Assembly: GCF_009914755.1 (NCBI RefSeq)
Contig: NC_060926.1
From: the human T2T-CHM13v2.0 reference genome, Homo sapiens
Direction: 5' to 3' (one strand)
Length of the DNA stretch: 64,000 bases
Shown piece after piece: positions 1-13,129 of the stretch. Numbering within the stretch: the first letter of the stretch is position 1; the number at the start of each line of letters is the position of its first letter. The notes beneath the pieces are model-generated. The model was not told where the DNA came from and did no database searches. It saw only the letters and a program-made list of their open reading frames with translations. The translations under genes and the position numbers were made by a program.

Positions 1-726
1 ATAAGGTAGATACCCAGATTAAATCTTCACGTTAACATTCTGTAAGAATGAGAATAAAAAGAGTTTTCTGAGCTGAGGAAGTTTCATAGCTTTAGTGACT
101 GTCTGAAGATTGCTGAGAGGTAGAAGACAATATCTATTTAATGGTGCCATTTTCCCCTGGTTTCTCACACTTGAAAAAGCAGCAGCTCTTAGATATTTTA
201 AAAGGAATATAAGGAGTTTTGGGGTTGTTTCTTTGTTGTCATGTTTTTGGAAGTTCTTAGTTACGGTCTCATCGTGACCATCTCAGAATGATAGCCTCAG
301 ACCCACAGTCTACATGACTTCTGGCTCTCCCACACGTAATTAAGTGTTCATGTTCTAATTCCAAATCCCCAAGAAAGAGTATCTAATTGCTTCAGTCATT
401 TATGTTCTGGGGACAGGGTTGGGAGTGAAGGAACAGGGTCAAATAGTACAAAGGATCTGTTCCTTCCAGGGTTATAAGCAGGACAGATTCTCAAAGAAGA
501 AATTATTGGCATCTCTGATACATGTTGTGAATAATTTTAATTTTTATATGTAATGTGAATAATCACAGATAAAGCAAAGGATTTTTTTTTAAGTCTCAGT
601 GTCTTCCACTGTACTTGTGAATTATGTGAACACAGTAATGGTAGCTTCATAGAGTGGTCACAAAATGAGAACATATTGATGTCTAGATAGAATTATCTTA
701 AGTAAATCTCTGGATTGAAGATTTCA

Positions 727-1135
727 GCATGTTCTCACTTATTTGTGGGATCTAAAAATCATGTCAATTGAACTCACGAACACAGAGAGTAGTAGGATGG
801 TTACCAGATGCTGGGAAGCGTAGTAGGAGGTTAGGGAGGAAGTAGGGATGGTTAATAGGTACAAAAAAAAAAATAGAAAGAATGAATAAGACCTACTATT
901 TGATAGCACAATTGGGTGACTATAGTCAATAATAACTTAAATTTATTTTTTAAATAACCTAAATAATGTAATTTGATTATTTGTAACTCAAAGAATAAAT
1001 GCTTGAGGGGATACATACCCCATTTGTATGATGTGCTTATTTCACATTGCATGCCTGTATCAAAACATCTCATGTACCCTGTAAATATATACATCTACTC
1101 TGTACCCTCAAAAATTTTAAAAAGTTTTAAAAAAT
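727..1135 (+). mobile_element. L1MA (L1MA2/3-like) 3' end fragment
   Basis: L1MA 3'UTR motifs gcatgttctcacttatttgtggga...gaataagacctactatttgatagcacaa...catctcatgtaccc, then an A-rich tail. Confidence 0.8.
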
Positions 1136-2062
1136 TATAAAATGTTATCAAATGATGATTTTAATTCTACCCCATAAAATTAAATAAGCATTGTATTTCA
1201 CCTTTTAAAATAAGTCCATTCATGGTATGTAGATATTAAAACTAAATATTTTAGGAAAATTGCTTTTGTTCTATGTACATGTTTAGCATTACTTCCTGTG
1301 TAATTTTAAAATCTGAAATTCTTCTAGCATACAGAGTAAGTAGATTATGATATATTGAAGGATTAAGCTTCACTGTCTTGTGTCAGATTAATCTCTCAAA
1401 CATAGATTGTCACTTGACCTGATAGAAATATGACTGTAATTCACCAAAAAAATTCAATGGATAAGTAACCATTTCATTATTTTATGTAGAATGAAGAATG
1501 TATGCTTCTTGACTGATTGTATAATTCTCCAAATTAAATTTAAATAAACCTCATAATCACGCATTTTTCTCAGAGTTTCATAAGGATTCATGGAAAAGGT
1601 ATCTCTGATAGCTTATGTGGTGAAATAGAACAATATACATATTCTGTGATTCTTCCCACTTTATTAGGCTTAAAGTGTGTTAAAGTTACTGAATGAGGAT
1701 AATTTTGTATTTTTATATAAAAGTTTCTGCATTATTTTAAACTTAAATTTTCTCATGAAACAAGTACAGATAAACTTTTGCATTTAAACAAAATAGTTAA
1801 TACTATGAGAACATTACTCCATTTGCTTATATGTTTTTGAATGAAATAGGTAAAATTATATGCATATAAATGAATGTTAAAAGGGAGTGTGAAAAATAAA
1901 GATAGCAGTGAGGATTATAGTTTGAAATTAATGTGTATTTAATAGTTAAAGGAAATTTAAATAAAGTAAAGCAATGTGTTTTTGTCCTAACGGGAGGTTG
2001 CATGAAAGAATTTAAATGTATCATATTTAGGTAAATAGTTCAGCTATAGAGCAGAAATATTA

Positions 2063-2386
<324 letters not shown>

Positions 2387-2541
2387 GTTAAAAGTATTAA
2401 TAAACTTTTACATAACACATGAACAATATTATGTAATTTATGTTAGAATCCATTGTAAGAGGATAAAGGAATACTGCTTTTTTCGAAAAGTTGAGAATAA
2501 AAGTAGAATACTGAACTAGATTGTTAAAATCTGATTTTTAA

Positions 2542-3034
<493 letters not shown>

Positions 3035-4037
3035 CAAGACCTAATTTTTTTAGAGCAGTTTTAAGTTCACAACAAAGTTGAGAGGAAGGTACAGAGATTT
3101 CCCATATATGTACTGTCCCCACAGATGCAATAGCTTCCCCCCATCAACATCCCCCACCAGAATGGTGTATTTGTTACAGATGATGACTCTCCATTGATAT
3201 ATCATCACCCAAAGTCCATAGCTTATATTAGGGTTTACTCTTGATGTTGTACATTCTCTGGGTCTTGACAAATGTATGATGAGCTGTATCTACTCTATCG
3301 TATCATATAAAATAGTTTTACTGCCCTAAGAATCCTCTGTGCTCCACCTGTTCATCCCTCCTTTTCCTGTAACCCCTGGAACCCACTGATCTTTTTATTG
3401 TCTTCATAGTTTTCCAGAGTCCCCTTTTCCAGAATGTCATATTGATGGAATCATACATTATGTAGCCATTTCAGATTGACTTCTTTCACTTGGTATTATG
3501 CATTTAAGGTTTCTTCATGTCTTTTCATGGCTTGATAGCTAATTTATTTTAGTGTTGAATAATACTCCATTATTTGGATGTACTACAGTTTATCCATTCA
3601 CCTACTGAAGGGCGTCTTGATTGCTTCCAAGTTTTGTTACTTATGAATAAAACTTTGATAAACATCCATGTGCAGCTTTTGTGTGGACATAATTTTTCCA
3701 CTCTTTTGGATAAATACCAAGGAGCTCAATTGCTGAATGATATATATGGTAAGAGTATGTCTAGTTTTGTTGAGAAACCACAAAACTTTCTTCCAAACTG
3801 CCTGTACCATTTTGTGTTCCCATGTACAATAAATGATATTTCTTGTTCCACCTCCCTGCTAGCATTTGGTGCTATCAATGTTCTGGATTTTGGCCATTCT
3901 AATAAGTGTGCAGTGGTTATCTTCTTTTTTTAATTTGCATTTCCCTCATGACATATGATGTGGAGCATCTTTTCATATGCTTTTTTTTGCATCTCTATGT
4001 CTTCTTTGGTGAGAAGTCTGTTAAGGTCTTTGGTCCT

Positions 4038-4263
<226 letters not shown>

Positions 4264-4596
4264 GGTCCATTTTTTAATTGGGTTGTTTTCTTATTTTTGA
4301 GTTTTGGGAATTCTTTGTATATTTTGGATAATAGTCCTTTATGAGATAGGTCTTTTGCAAATATTTTCTCCTAGTCTGTGACCATGTTTTCATTCTCTTG
4401 GCAGTGTCTTTTGTAGAGCAGAAATGTTTAATTTTAATGAAATCCAGCTAATTGACTCTTTTCTTTTATAAATCATGTCTTCAGTGTCACATCTAAAAAG
4501 TCATCACCAAATCTAAGGTCATCTAGATTTTCTCCTGTTATCTTCTAGGAGTTTTATAGTTTTGTATTCTACATTAAGGCTTGTGATACATTTTGA

Positions 4597-5084
<488 letters not shown>

Positions 5085-5844
5085 TAGTGGCTCCGTTTCT
5101 GTGCTCTCTATTCTATTCCATTGACCTATTTGTCCTTCACCAGTACCACACTGTCTTGATTATTGTAGTGTTACAGTAAGTCTTTAAGTTGAGTAGTGTC
5201 AGTCCTCTAACTTTATGCCCCTTCAATATTGTATTGGCTATTCTGAGTCTTTTGCCTCTGCATATAAACATTAGAATTGGTTTGTTCATGTTTACAAAAT
5301 AACTTGTTGGGATTTTGATTGGGATGGCATTGAATTTATAGATCAAGTTGGAAAAACTGATGTCTTGATAATATTAAGTCTTCCTATCTATGAATATGGA
5401 ATATCTTCCAATTTATTTATAGTTTTCCTCATATAGATCTTCTAAATATTTTGTTAGATTTATACCTAAGTATTTCAGTTTTTTGGTGCTTATGTAAATG
5501 GTATCGTGTTTTTTATTTCAAATTGCACTTGTTCATTGCTGGTATATAGGAAAGCAATTGACCTTTGTATATTAGCTTTGTATCCTGCAATCTTGCTATA
5601 ATTGCTTATTCCAGATTTCTTGTGAATTCTTTTGGATTTTCTTCCATGATTTTTTTTAAAAAAGCAAATTGGTAGTTATGTAACTAGGGTTATAGTTGTA
5701 GATTATTAAAATATAGAAATATTCTTAGCAAAATCTTGCTACTTCTGAAAGTCAGCTTTTTTGGAGTTATTTTAGGAGATAGCAGATCTCAGTGAATTTC
5801 AGTCTTCAAAGTCATATTAAGGAAAAACTATGTTACATATATAT

Positions 5845-7245
5845 TTCTCAAAATTGTGATAAATACACATAACATATAATTTACCATCTTACCCATTTTA
5901 AGTGTACAGCTTAGTGGGCTATGTATATTCACACTGCTGTGCAGCCAACCTCCAGAACTTTTTTTATCTTGCAAAACTGGAACTCTCTATCAATTAAATA
6001 ACAACTCACAATTTTCCTCTCCCCTCATCCCCTGGCAACTACCATTCTATTTTTGTTTTTATGAATTTGACTATTTTGGATACCTCATATAGGTGGAATC
6101 ATAAAATATTTGTCTTTTTGTGACTAACTTATTTCACTTAGCATAATATATTCAAGGTTCATGTATGTTGTAGCATGTGTCACAATTTACGTCCTTTTTT
6201 AGGCTCAATGTTCTATTGTGTGTGTGTGTGTGTGTGTGTGTACAGACATACATAAGCACCACATTTTGTTTATGTATCTGTCGGTGGACATTTGGGTTCT
6301 TTTTGCCTTTTGGCCATTGTGAATAACAATACTGTTATTAACATGGGTGTACAAATATCTATTTGAGTCACTGCTTAAAATTCTTTTGGGTATATACTGG
6401 AAGTGGAATTGTTGGATCATATGATCTTTGTATTTTCAATTTTTTGAGGAATGAACGTACTGTTTTCTGTAATGGCTGTGCAATTTTAACTTTCTACCAA
6501 CAGTGTATAAATGTTCTACATCCCTGGTAACACTTGTTATTTTCTTTCTTTCTTTTATAATGTAATAGCCATCCTAAGGTATGTAAAGTAGTATGTGATT
6601 GTGGTTTTGATTTTCATTTCCACTGGCGACTACATTAGCAATGTTGAGCATTATTTCATGTGCTCATTGGCCATTTGTATATCTTCCTTGGAGAAATGTC
6701 TGTTCAAGTTCTTTGCCCATTTAAAAATATTTTGCTATTTTTTGTGTGAGTTGTAGGAGTTCTTTATATAGTCTAGATATTAAGCCCTTATCAGATATGA
6801 CTTGCAAATGTTTTCTTCCATTTCATAGACTGCTTTTTCAATCTGCTGGTAGTGTCCTTTGATGCACAGAAGTTTTTGATTTGGAGTCCAGTTTATCTGT
6901 TTTTACTTTTGTTGCTGGGCTTTATATCCAAGAAATCATCACCAAATCAAATGTAAAGAAGCTTTCCTTGTGTTTTCTTCTAATAGTTTTATATTTTCAG
7001 GTCTTATGTTTGGGTCTTTGATCACTTTTGAGTTATTTTTGTATATGGCATAAGGTAAGGGTCCAACTTCATTCTTTTGCATGTGGATATCCAGTTTTCC
7101 CAGCAGCAGCATATGTTGAAAAGACTGCCCTTTCCCTCCCCATTTAATGGTCTTGGCACCCTCATCAAAAATAATTTGACCATATACTCTAAGGTTTATT
7201 TCTTGGCTCTGTATTTCTTCAATTGGTCTATATGTCTGTTTGTAT
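5845..7245 (-). mobile_element. L1MB 3' portion with (TG)n at 6218-6241
   Basis: aacatataatttaccatcttacccattttaagtgtacag 3'UTR motif followed by ORF2 C-terminal sequence. Confidence 0.8.
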
Positions 7246-7288
7246 ATATATATATATATATTTAAATAATATAATTAATTAATTAGTA

Positions 7289-7604
7289 TTTTCTTTCTTT
7301 CTGTTTCTTTTTTTCTTTTTTTCATAGAGAGTCTCACGCTGTCACCCAGCCTAGAGTGCAGTGGTGCGATCTTGGCTCACTGCAACCTCCACCTCCTGGG
7401 TTCAAGCAATTCTCCTGCCTCAGCCTCCATGAGTAGTTGGGACTACAGGTGCGCACCACATGCCCAACTAATTTTTGTATTTTTAGTAGAAATGGGGTTT
7501 CGCCATGTTGGCCAGGCTGTTCTTGAACACCTGACCTCAGGTGATCTGCTCACCTCGGCCTCCCAATGTGCTGGAATTACAGGCGTGAGCCACCATGCCT
7601 GGCC
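7289..7604 (-). mobile_element. AluSx-like
   Basis: Full antisense Alu; TSD aattagtat. Confidence 0.9.
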
Positions 7605-7658
7605 AATTAGTATGTTTTAAAATAAAGTCTTAGTTGTAAATTTGATAGTCTTTACTAA

Positions 7659-8189
7659 TGTAGAGATGGTGAAACTTCACCTACATTCTCTTAGGGTCCT
7701 GACTGGGCCCAATAACTAAACTGATATAAGTTAGATTAACGGGAGAAAAGCATGCACATTTATTCAATATAAGTTTTATGTGGCATGGGAGCCTTCATAA
7801 AGAAATGAAGAACTGAAGAAGCTGTTAGAGTCAATTACTTAAATACTGAATTGGACAAAGAACAGTAAGTTGGGAAAATGTGATAAGGCAAAGGGGATTA
7901 GGCTAGGATAGCTAATTGTGTAGGTAAGTAGCCAGGAAGATAAGCGTTGGTGTAACTAGGTTTGTTTGTACACAATTCCTTTGGCCTCAGCTTTTTGTCC
8001 TCCATGGTAAGAATGTTGCATCTTTTATATAGGAATTTCATTTCTTGCCTTAGGAACCAGCATGAATGTCATAGCGATCTTTTTTTCACCTGCTGCTTTT
8101 CAAGTGCTCTATTAACTTAAATAGTTAATATGCCAGAATGGTATAATTTTTTTCATTAGTGAGTCCTGAGATTTTCTTTTCTTTTCACA
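7659..8189 (-). mobile_element. ERV1 (MER4-group-like) solo LTR
   Basis: TG...CA termini; minus strand starts tgtgaaaagaaaagaaaatctcagga (MER4-like); near 4-bp TSD ctaa/gtaa. Subfamily uncertain. Confidence 0.6.
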
Positions 8190-8729
8190 GTAACCATAGA
8201 AAAATCTTGCTCCTACCCCATCTGCATCAGTCCCATTTCCCCTGCATCCTATAGGTAACGACGTCATAAGGAAATACACATATATAAATCCTATTGTTTC
8301 TCCTTTTTTAAACTTAATCTATCTTACAGTTACTTTTTACTGTCCTAATTACAGCACATTTTTACTTTTTAGGTTCTATGATTTGAAGAGTGGTATGGCT
8401 ATGTATTACAGCTTGTAAGTTGTTACCATATTTTGGAGCAAAATGTATTATTATTTCTACTATTTACATTTAACATGAATCATGATCCTAAAAGCATCAA
8501 AATGTCTTCATAACATCCTACAAGGAAGACAGAACAGCACTGCTGTTCTACACTGTGGCTCTTGCCCAGTCTATAGTTACAAGAAATAGTTCTTTAGTTG
8601 TTGTGATGCCCTGGGTAGGCTTCATTCTTAAGTAATGTACTTTGTCTATATTAACTCCCTGCAAATATGTATATGTGAACAGAATATCTTGAAGATACAT
8701 GGTGAGGTTTGGTTGCCTTTGTTCTCTGA

Positions 8730-9043
<314 letters not shown>

Positions 9044-9950
9044 TGTTCTCTGAAGTCTTTACGGTTGTTGTTTCTATTATTGTTCCCAGCAAGAACTGGA
9101 ACTGACCTGATGTCATGATCTATGAATATAATTTTTAATTAAGGAAGAAGTACCAGGAAATCTCATGTCACTATAGACCTGCTTCGCTGAATACCATTTA
9201 GCAGTCTATACTCCAGCCACCAGGCATATTGGTTGTGCAATGATGCCTCCACGATAACTAACAGTGAGGAGTAGAAGTTGGGCTTAGACACTCTGGCTCT
9301 TGCATAGGTCGAGGGGTATGTTGTGTTCTTGTAACAAATCCCACATATACATACATATGCATATTGTTCCACAAACATCCCCAAGCAGAAACCAGAGTTA
9401 GGGGCAGAATAACCTCAAGAAAATTTTGGTTGCTAGGCCATAGATGCGTCTTTCTGAGGCTGGTATTTTGACACTATGTGCTCCATTGTTTCTCATCTGC
9501 TGTATTGTGCTGCATCAATTGTTTCACCACATTATCACTAAAAACTTGGTCTCCCTAAAAACATTAACTTCTTAGGGCCTGTGTGCCAATGGGGCCTTTT
9601 GGACTTGACTTCAGCTTTTTGGAGGACAGAGTCCCTTTCCCCTTATAGTGCTGGGTTATTAGTGAATCAACCCTGAAGAGGTAAAGGGTTGGAGCCTCAG
9701 CCTCCCAAGAGGCTGTCACTGGAGAATGGTCTCACTGACCTCAGCCCTTGGGCATTTCCATAGCACATTTTCCCCCTAACCCCTCTACTCCTGCCAAATG
9801 CCTACCTAACTCTTATAATAGGAAAGCTGGGAACTCCACTCAAAACCATACAAAAAACCAGTTTGTACATTTGGACACCTCCCGAGCACTCACAGTCACT
9901 GTGTTTCTCTTTTCCAGCAGCAGACAGTCACTCTCATGCAGTTTAAGTGA

Positions 9951-9956
9951 TTTATT
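9951..9956 (-). terminator. Candidate AATAAA polyadenylation signal of the DBIL5-like gene
   Basis: tttatt on the + strand, about 117 nt past the ancestral stop codon. Confidence 0.55.
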
Positions 9957-10072
9957 GATGTCTCAGCTAAACTTGCTTTGGTTTCAGGACATTTCAGCCA
10001 TCAAGGTTTTTAAGGAAGAGCATTCTGTACCAGAGGAGCCATGCTGCTTTCCTTGTGTTTGCTAATGTGTCC

Positions 10073-10337
10073 TTAGCCAGCCTCATTCTTCTTCAGCTTT
10101 TCTACTTTGGCAACATAGATCCTCATGGTGTCCATCTTAGACATCCCTTTGTTCACATTCCATGCCTCCTACTTGGCCTTGGCTTTCACATCTGAGGCTG
10201 AAGGGGCAGGGATGTTGCAGTCGCTCTGGGTGGGCTGTTTGCAGAAGCTGTACACCAGCAGTTTTCTCCTGATCGCACACAGTACCCTTCAGCTGCTTGA
10301 GGGCAGTGTGGGCCAGCTCAAACTCCACTTGGCACAT
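10073..10337 (-). pseudogene. DBIL5P2: Endozepine-like peptide / acyl-CoA-binding protein (DBIL5/ELP) pseudogene
   Basis: Removing one A from the run at 10262-10265 gives [86 protein letters not shown] (87 codons, ACBP family, closest to mammalian DBIL5). Premature TAG at 10169-10171. Symbol inferred from adjacency to the WDPCP 3' end. Confidence 0.92.
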
Positions 10338-10397
10338 TGTGGGAGGGGAGGCCAGGCCCCTCTGTCCTTTCTAGGTGACACCTGGTGCTAGAAGGCT

Positions 10398-10545
10398 CAT
10401 CAGGTTTCTTCATCGATAGAGTAGGGATGATGATGATGATGTATCTTCCTCACTGAGTTTCATTGAGAATCCCTATGTAGGTACAGGGCTATGTGTGTTG
10501 TAGCACTGATCAAACTCTCAGTAGAGAGTGGTATAATTATAACTC
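10398..10545 (+). mobile_element. MIR fragment
   Basis: Degenerate MIR core caggtttcttcatc...gggatgatgat...cttcctcactgagttttcattgagaat. Confidence 0.55.
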
Positions 10546-10651
10546 CTTAACAAACATTTCAAGATACTAAGAAGAAAGTATAATACCAAGTTTTGGTTAC
10601 ACAGCCTTTTAATGAAGCAAAAACTTTTAGACATTAGCATTACAAGCAAAG

Positions 10652-10657
10652 TTTATT
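10652..10657 (-). terminator. Candidate distal AATAAA polyadenylation signal of WDPCP
   Basis: tttatt on the + strand with a U-rich stretch downstream on the minus strand; would give a 3'UTR of about 2.45 kb, matching my unverified recollection of the long transcript end. Confidence 0.55.
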
Positions 10658-11589
10658 CTAGCAATAAGACACAATGTGACAGCTAATATAAATTACTGTG
10701 GAAATTACCTCAGATCTGAGAAATCTGGAAAATAGTTGAAAAAGCTCATGGGTCTATTCCTAAAGGACAACCTGTGAACCTGTCAGTGCTAGGACAGATA
10801 CTACCTAGCTGTTCCTGCCTATACCACTCTTCTTACTTTAGAGCTATGGTAGCCCCTTCATAATCCTTTCAGGTTCTAGCAGAGGAGGAATATCAATTTA
10901 ATTAATATTCTCAGATTTACAACATCTGGGAAATAACAGCATTTATAAATCATGGACATTATCAAAGATCATTCATAATATATTCTTACTATCTAAACTT
11001 GGTTTTCTGTACATTTAACTTTTCTAGAGGTATGTGAAGTGGGGAAAATGGGTACTTTAAGAACTATGATTTGTTTAATTTTCACCTACATAACTGGCAA
11101 ACATTTTCATTATTATTATCATTATGTAGAAAAACATAGATGTATCAATATCCATATTTTATCTTTAGTATCTCACAGGAAAGGTATTTTGGGTTAATGA
11201 CTATTTACCCGGAAAATCTGGAGAAAATTCTGCAATCTTGACAAAACCCTATTTTTTTAAATACAATTTTTTCTCTAAAAATTAGTTAACTTTTGATTAT
11301 CTGTGTGATAAAGAAGGTTGGGAATAGGAGAATGAAAATTTGCTGGTAACTCAGTTTGGCTTACATGTTATGCATTATTAAAATTTTTTCAGAGCAATAA
11401 CAAAATGAAAAATCTAATTTGAGTTTCACCTTTTTTTGTCATACCCTCTGGTAGAGGTACAGATAAATGGGAAGTAGAAAGAAAAATTTGAAGTATAAAA
11501 GCCTTCAGTCTGATTAACTTTGAACTCTAAGATTTAATTATATAATGTAATTATTGTCTAATATTAAACAATGTTGATTATTATTATAG

Positions 11590-11908
<319 letters not shown>

Positions 11909-11966
11909 TATAGATGTCTATAATTGTGAAATATCAGTTATCTGCTAAAGAATGGGTGTCAATAAC

Positions 11967-12352
11967 TGTGAAGGGTATGAGATTTTACCCTACTTACTAG
12001 CTAACAAGTTACCACACTATAGTTTCATGGATGCTGTTAGAAGACATGAGACTCCTGAGTCAGAGACAAATGATAGTAACCAGGGTATCGGCATTTTTTT
12101 CTTTTCTTCATGGATTCTCTGAGCCCTATTCCTATAGAGCAATGTTAAGAGGGCTAGATGACACCTGCACACTCAATGGGCAGTGTAAAGGAGAGGCATT
12201 CTGAGTTTAAAGAACTCAAATCTCATATAAAAGTTGATAAGCATGCCTGCCCCTTTCTCCAGAGGGAAACAGTATCTGTGTTCTAAGGGGCAGTCAGGGC
12301 AAATTACTCATAGCAGTAATTCGAGAGAACCATGGAGAATTGTCTTCTAACA
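11967..12352 (-). mobile_element. ERVL-class solo LTR (LTR47/MER73-like)
   Basis: Minus strand begins tgttagaagacaattctccatgg and ends ...cccttcaca; TG/CA termini. Subfamily uncertain. Confidence 0.6.
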
Positions 12353-12434
12353 ATGGATCTGGGCTGAAAAATTTGCATAATAAATACTGTATTTGTAATG
12401 TAAATTAATAATGTAAACAAGAGCAGAAGAGGAC

Positions 12435-12442
12435 TTTCTTTC

Positions 12443-12474
<32 letters not shown>

Positions 12475-12742
12475 GGAGACAGGGTCACTCTCTGTTGCCC
12501 AGGTTAGAGTGCAGTGGCGCGATCACAGCTCACTGTAGCCTTGAACTCCTGGGCTCAAGCAATTCTTCTGCCTCAGCTTCACAAGCATGTACCACCATGC
12601 CTGGCTAATTTTTAAAATTTTTTCTAGAGACAGCGTTTCACTATGTTGCACAGGCTAGTCTTGAACTCCTGGGCTCAAGTGATCCTTCAGCCTTGGCCTC
12701 CTAAAGCACTGGGACTACAGGCATGAGCACTATGCCTGCCCC
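12435..12742 (-). mobile_element. AluJ
   Basis: Diverged antisense Alu with a long T/CT-rich tail. Confidence 0.9.
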
Positions 12743-12923
12743 CTACTGCCCCTTTTTTAAAGTACCTGGGAGAACAAAGTTTAAATATTCTATTTTTGTA
12801 GCACCTAATTAACATACAATTTAAGACACTTTCAAAATTTTACATTATTGAAAATAAGTAGGTTGAAGACTTTTACTTACGATCACTTTGCTGTTATGCT
12901 GCATGTTTTTGAAATAATAAAAC

Positions 12924-12929
12924 TTTATT
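12924..12929 (-). terminator. Candidate proximal AATAAA polyadenylation signal of WDPCP
   Basis: tttatt on the + strand, about 150 nt after the stop codon. Confidence 0.5.
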
Positions 12930-13078
12930 TTGAAAACAAACACTCAACTCAAAACTCTTAACTAATTTATATGATTCATACTGTCTCTTGTTAAAAATCC
13001 ACACGGGGGATTTTAAGTCTGTATCAGGCCATGAAAAGTTTAGATATGAAGAAGGCAGTTTTCTTTTTTTCTTAATGT

Positions 13079-13129
13079 TTACACCAGACCAAAGTGAATC
13101 ATTTTGAGAGAACCACCATCTCTGATTTC
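13079..13129 (-). CDS. WDPCP: WDPCP terminal coding exon (EIRDGGSLKMIHFGLV*)
   Basis: Acceptor tttttatttgtttatttgcag (AG at 13130-13131), phase 0; recognisable Fritz/WDPCP C-terminus ...LKMIHFGLV; TAA at 13079-13081. Confidence 0.95.
   Translation of the reverse strand, partial: EIRDGGSLKMIHFGLV

Noticed and set aside
270-520. Possible MLT1-type LTR remnant
   Set aside because: Resemblance too degenerate to support by eye.
9748-10391. Plus-strand ORFs 9748-10065 and 10125-10391
   Set aside because: Largely antisense shadows of the GC-richer DBIL5 pseudogene and its 3' region; no recognisable protein similarity.
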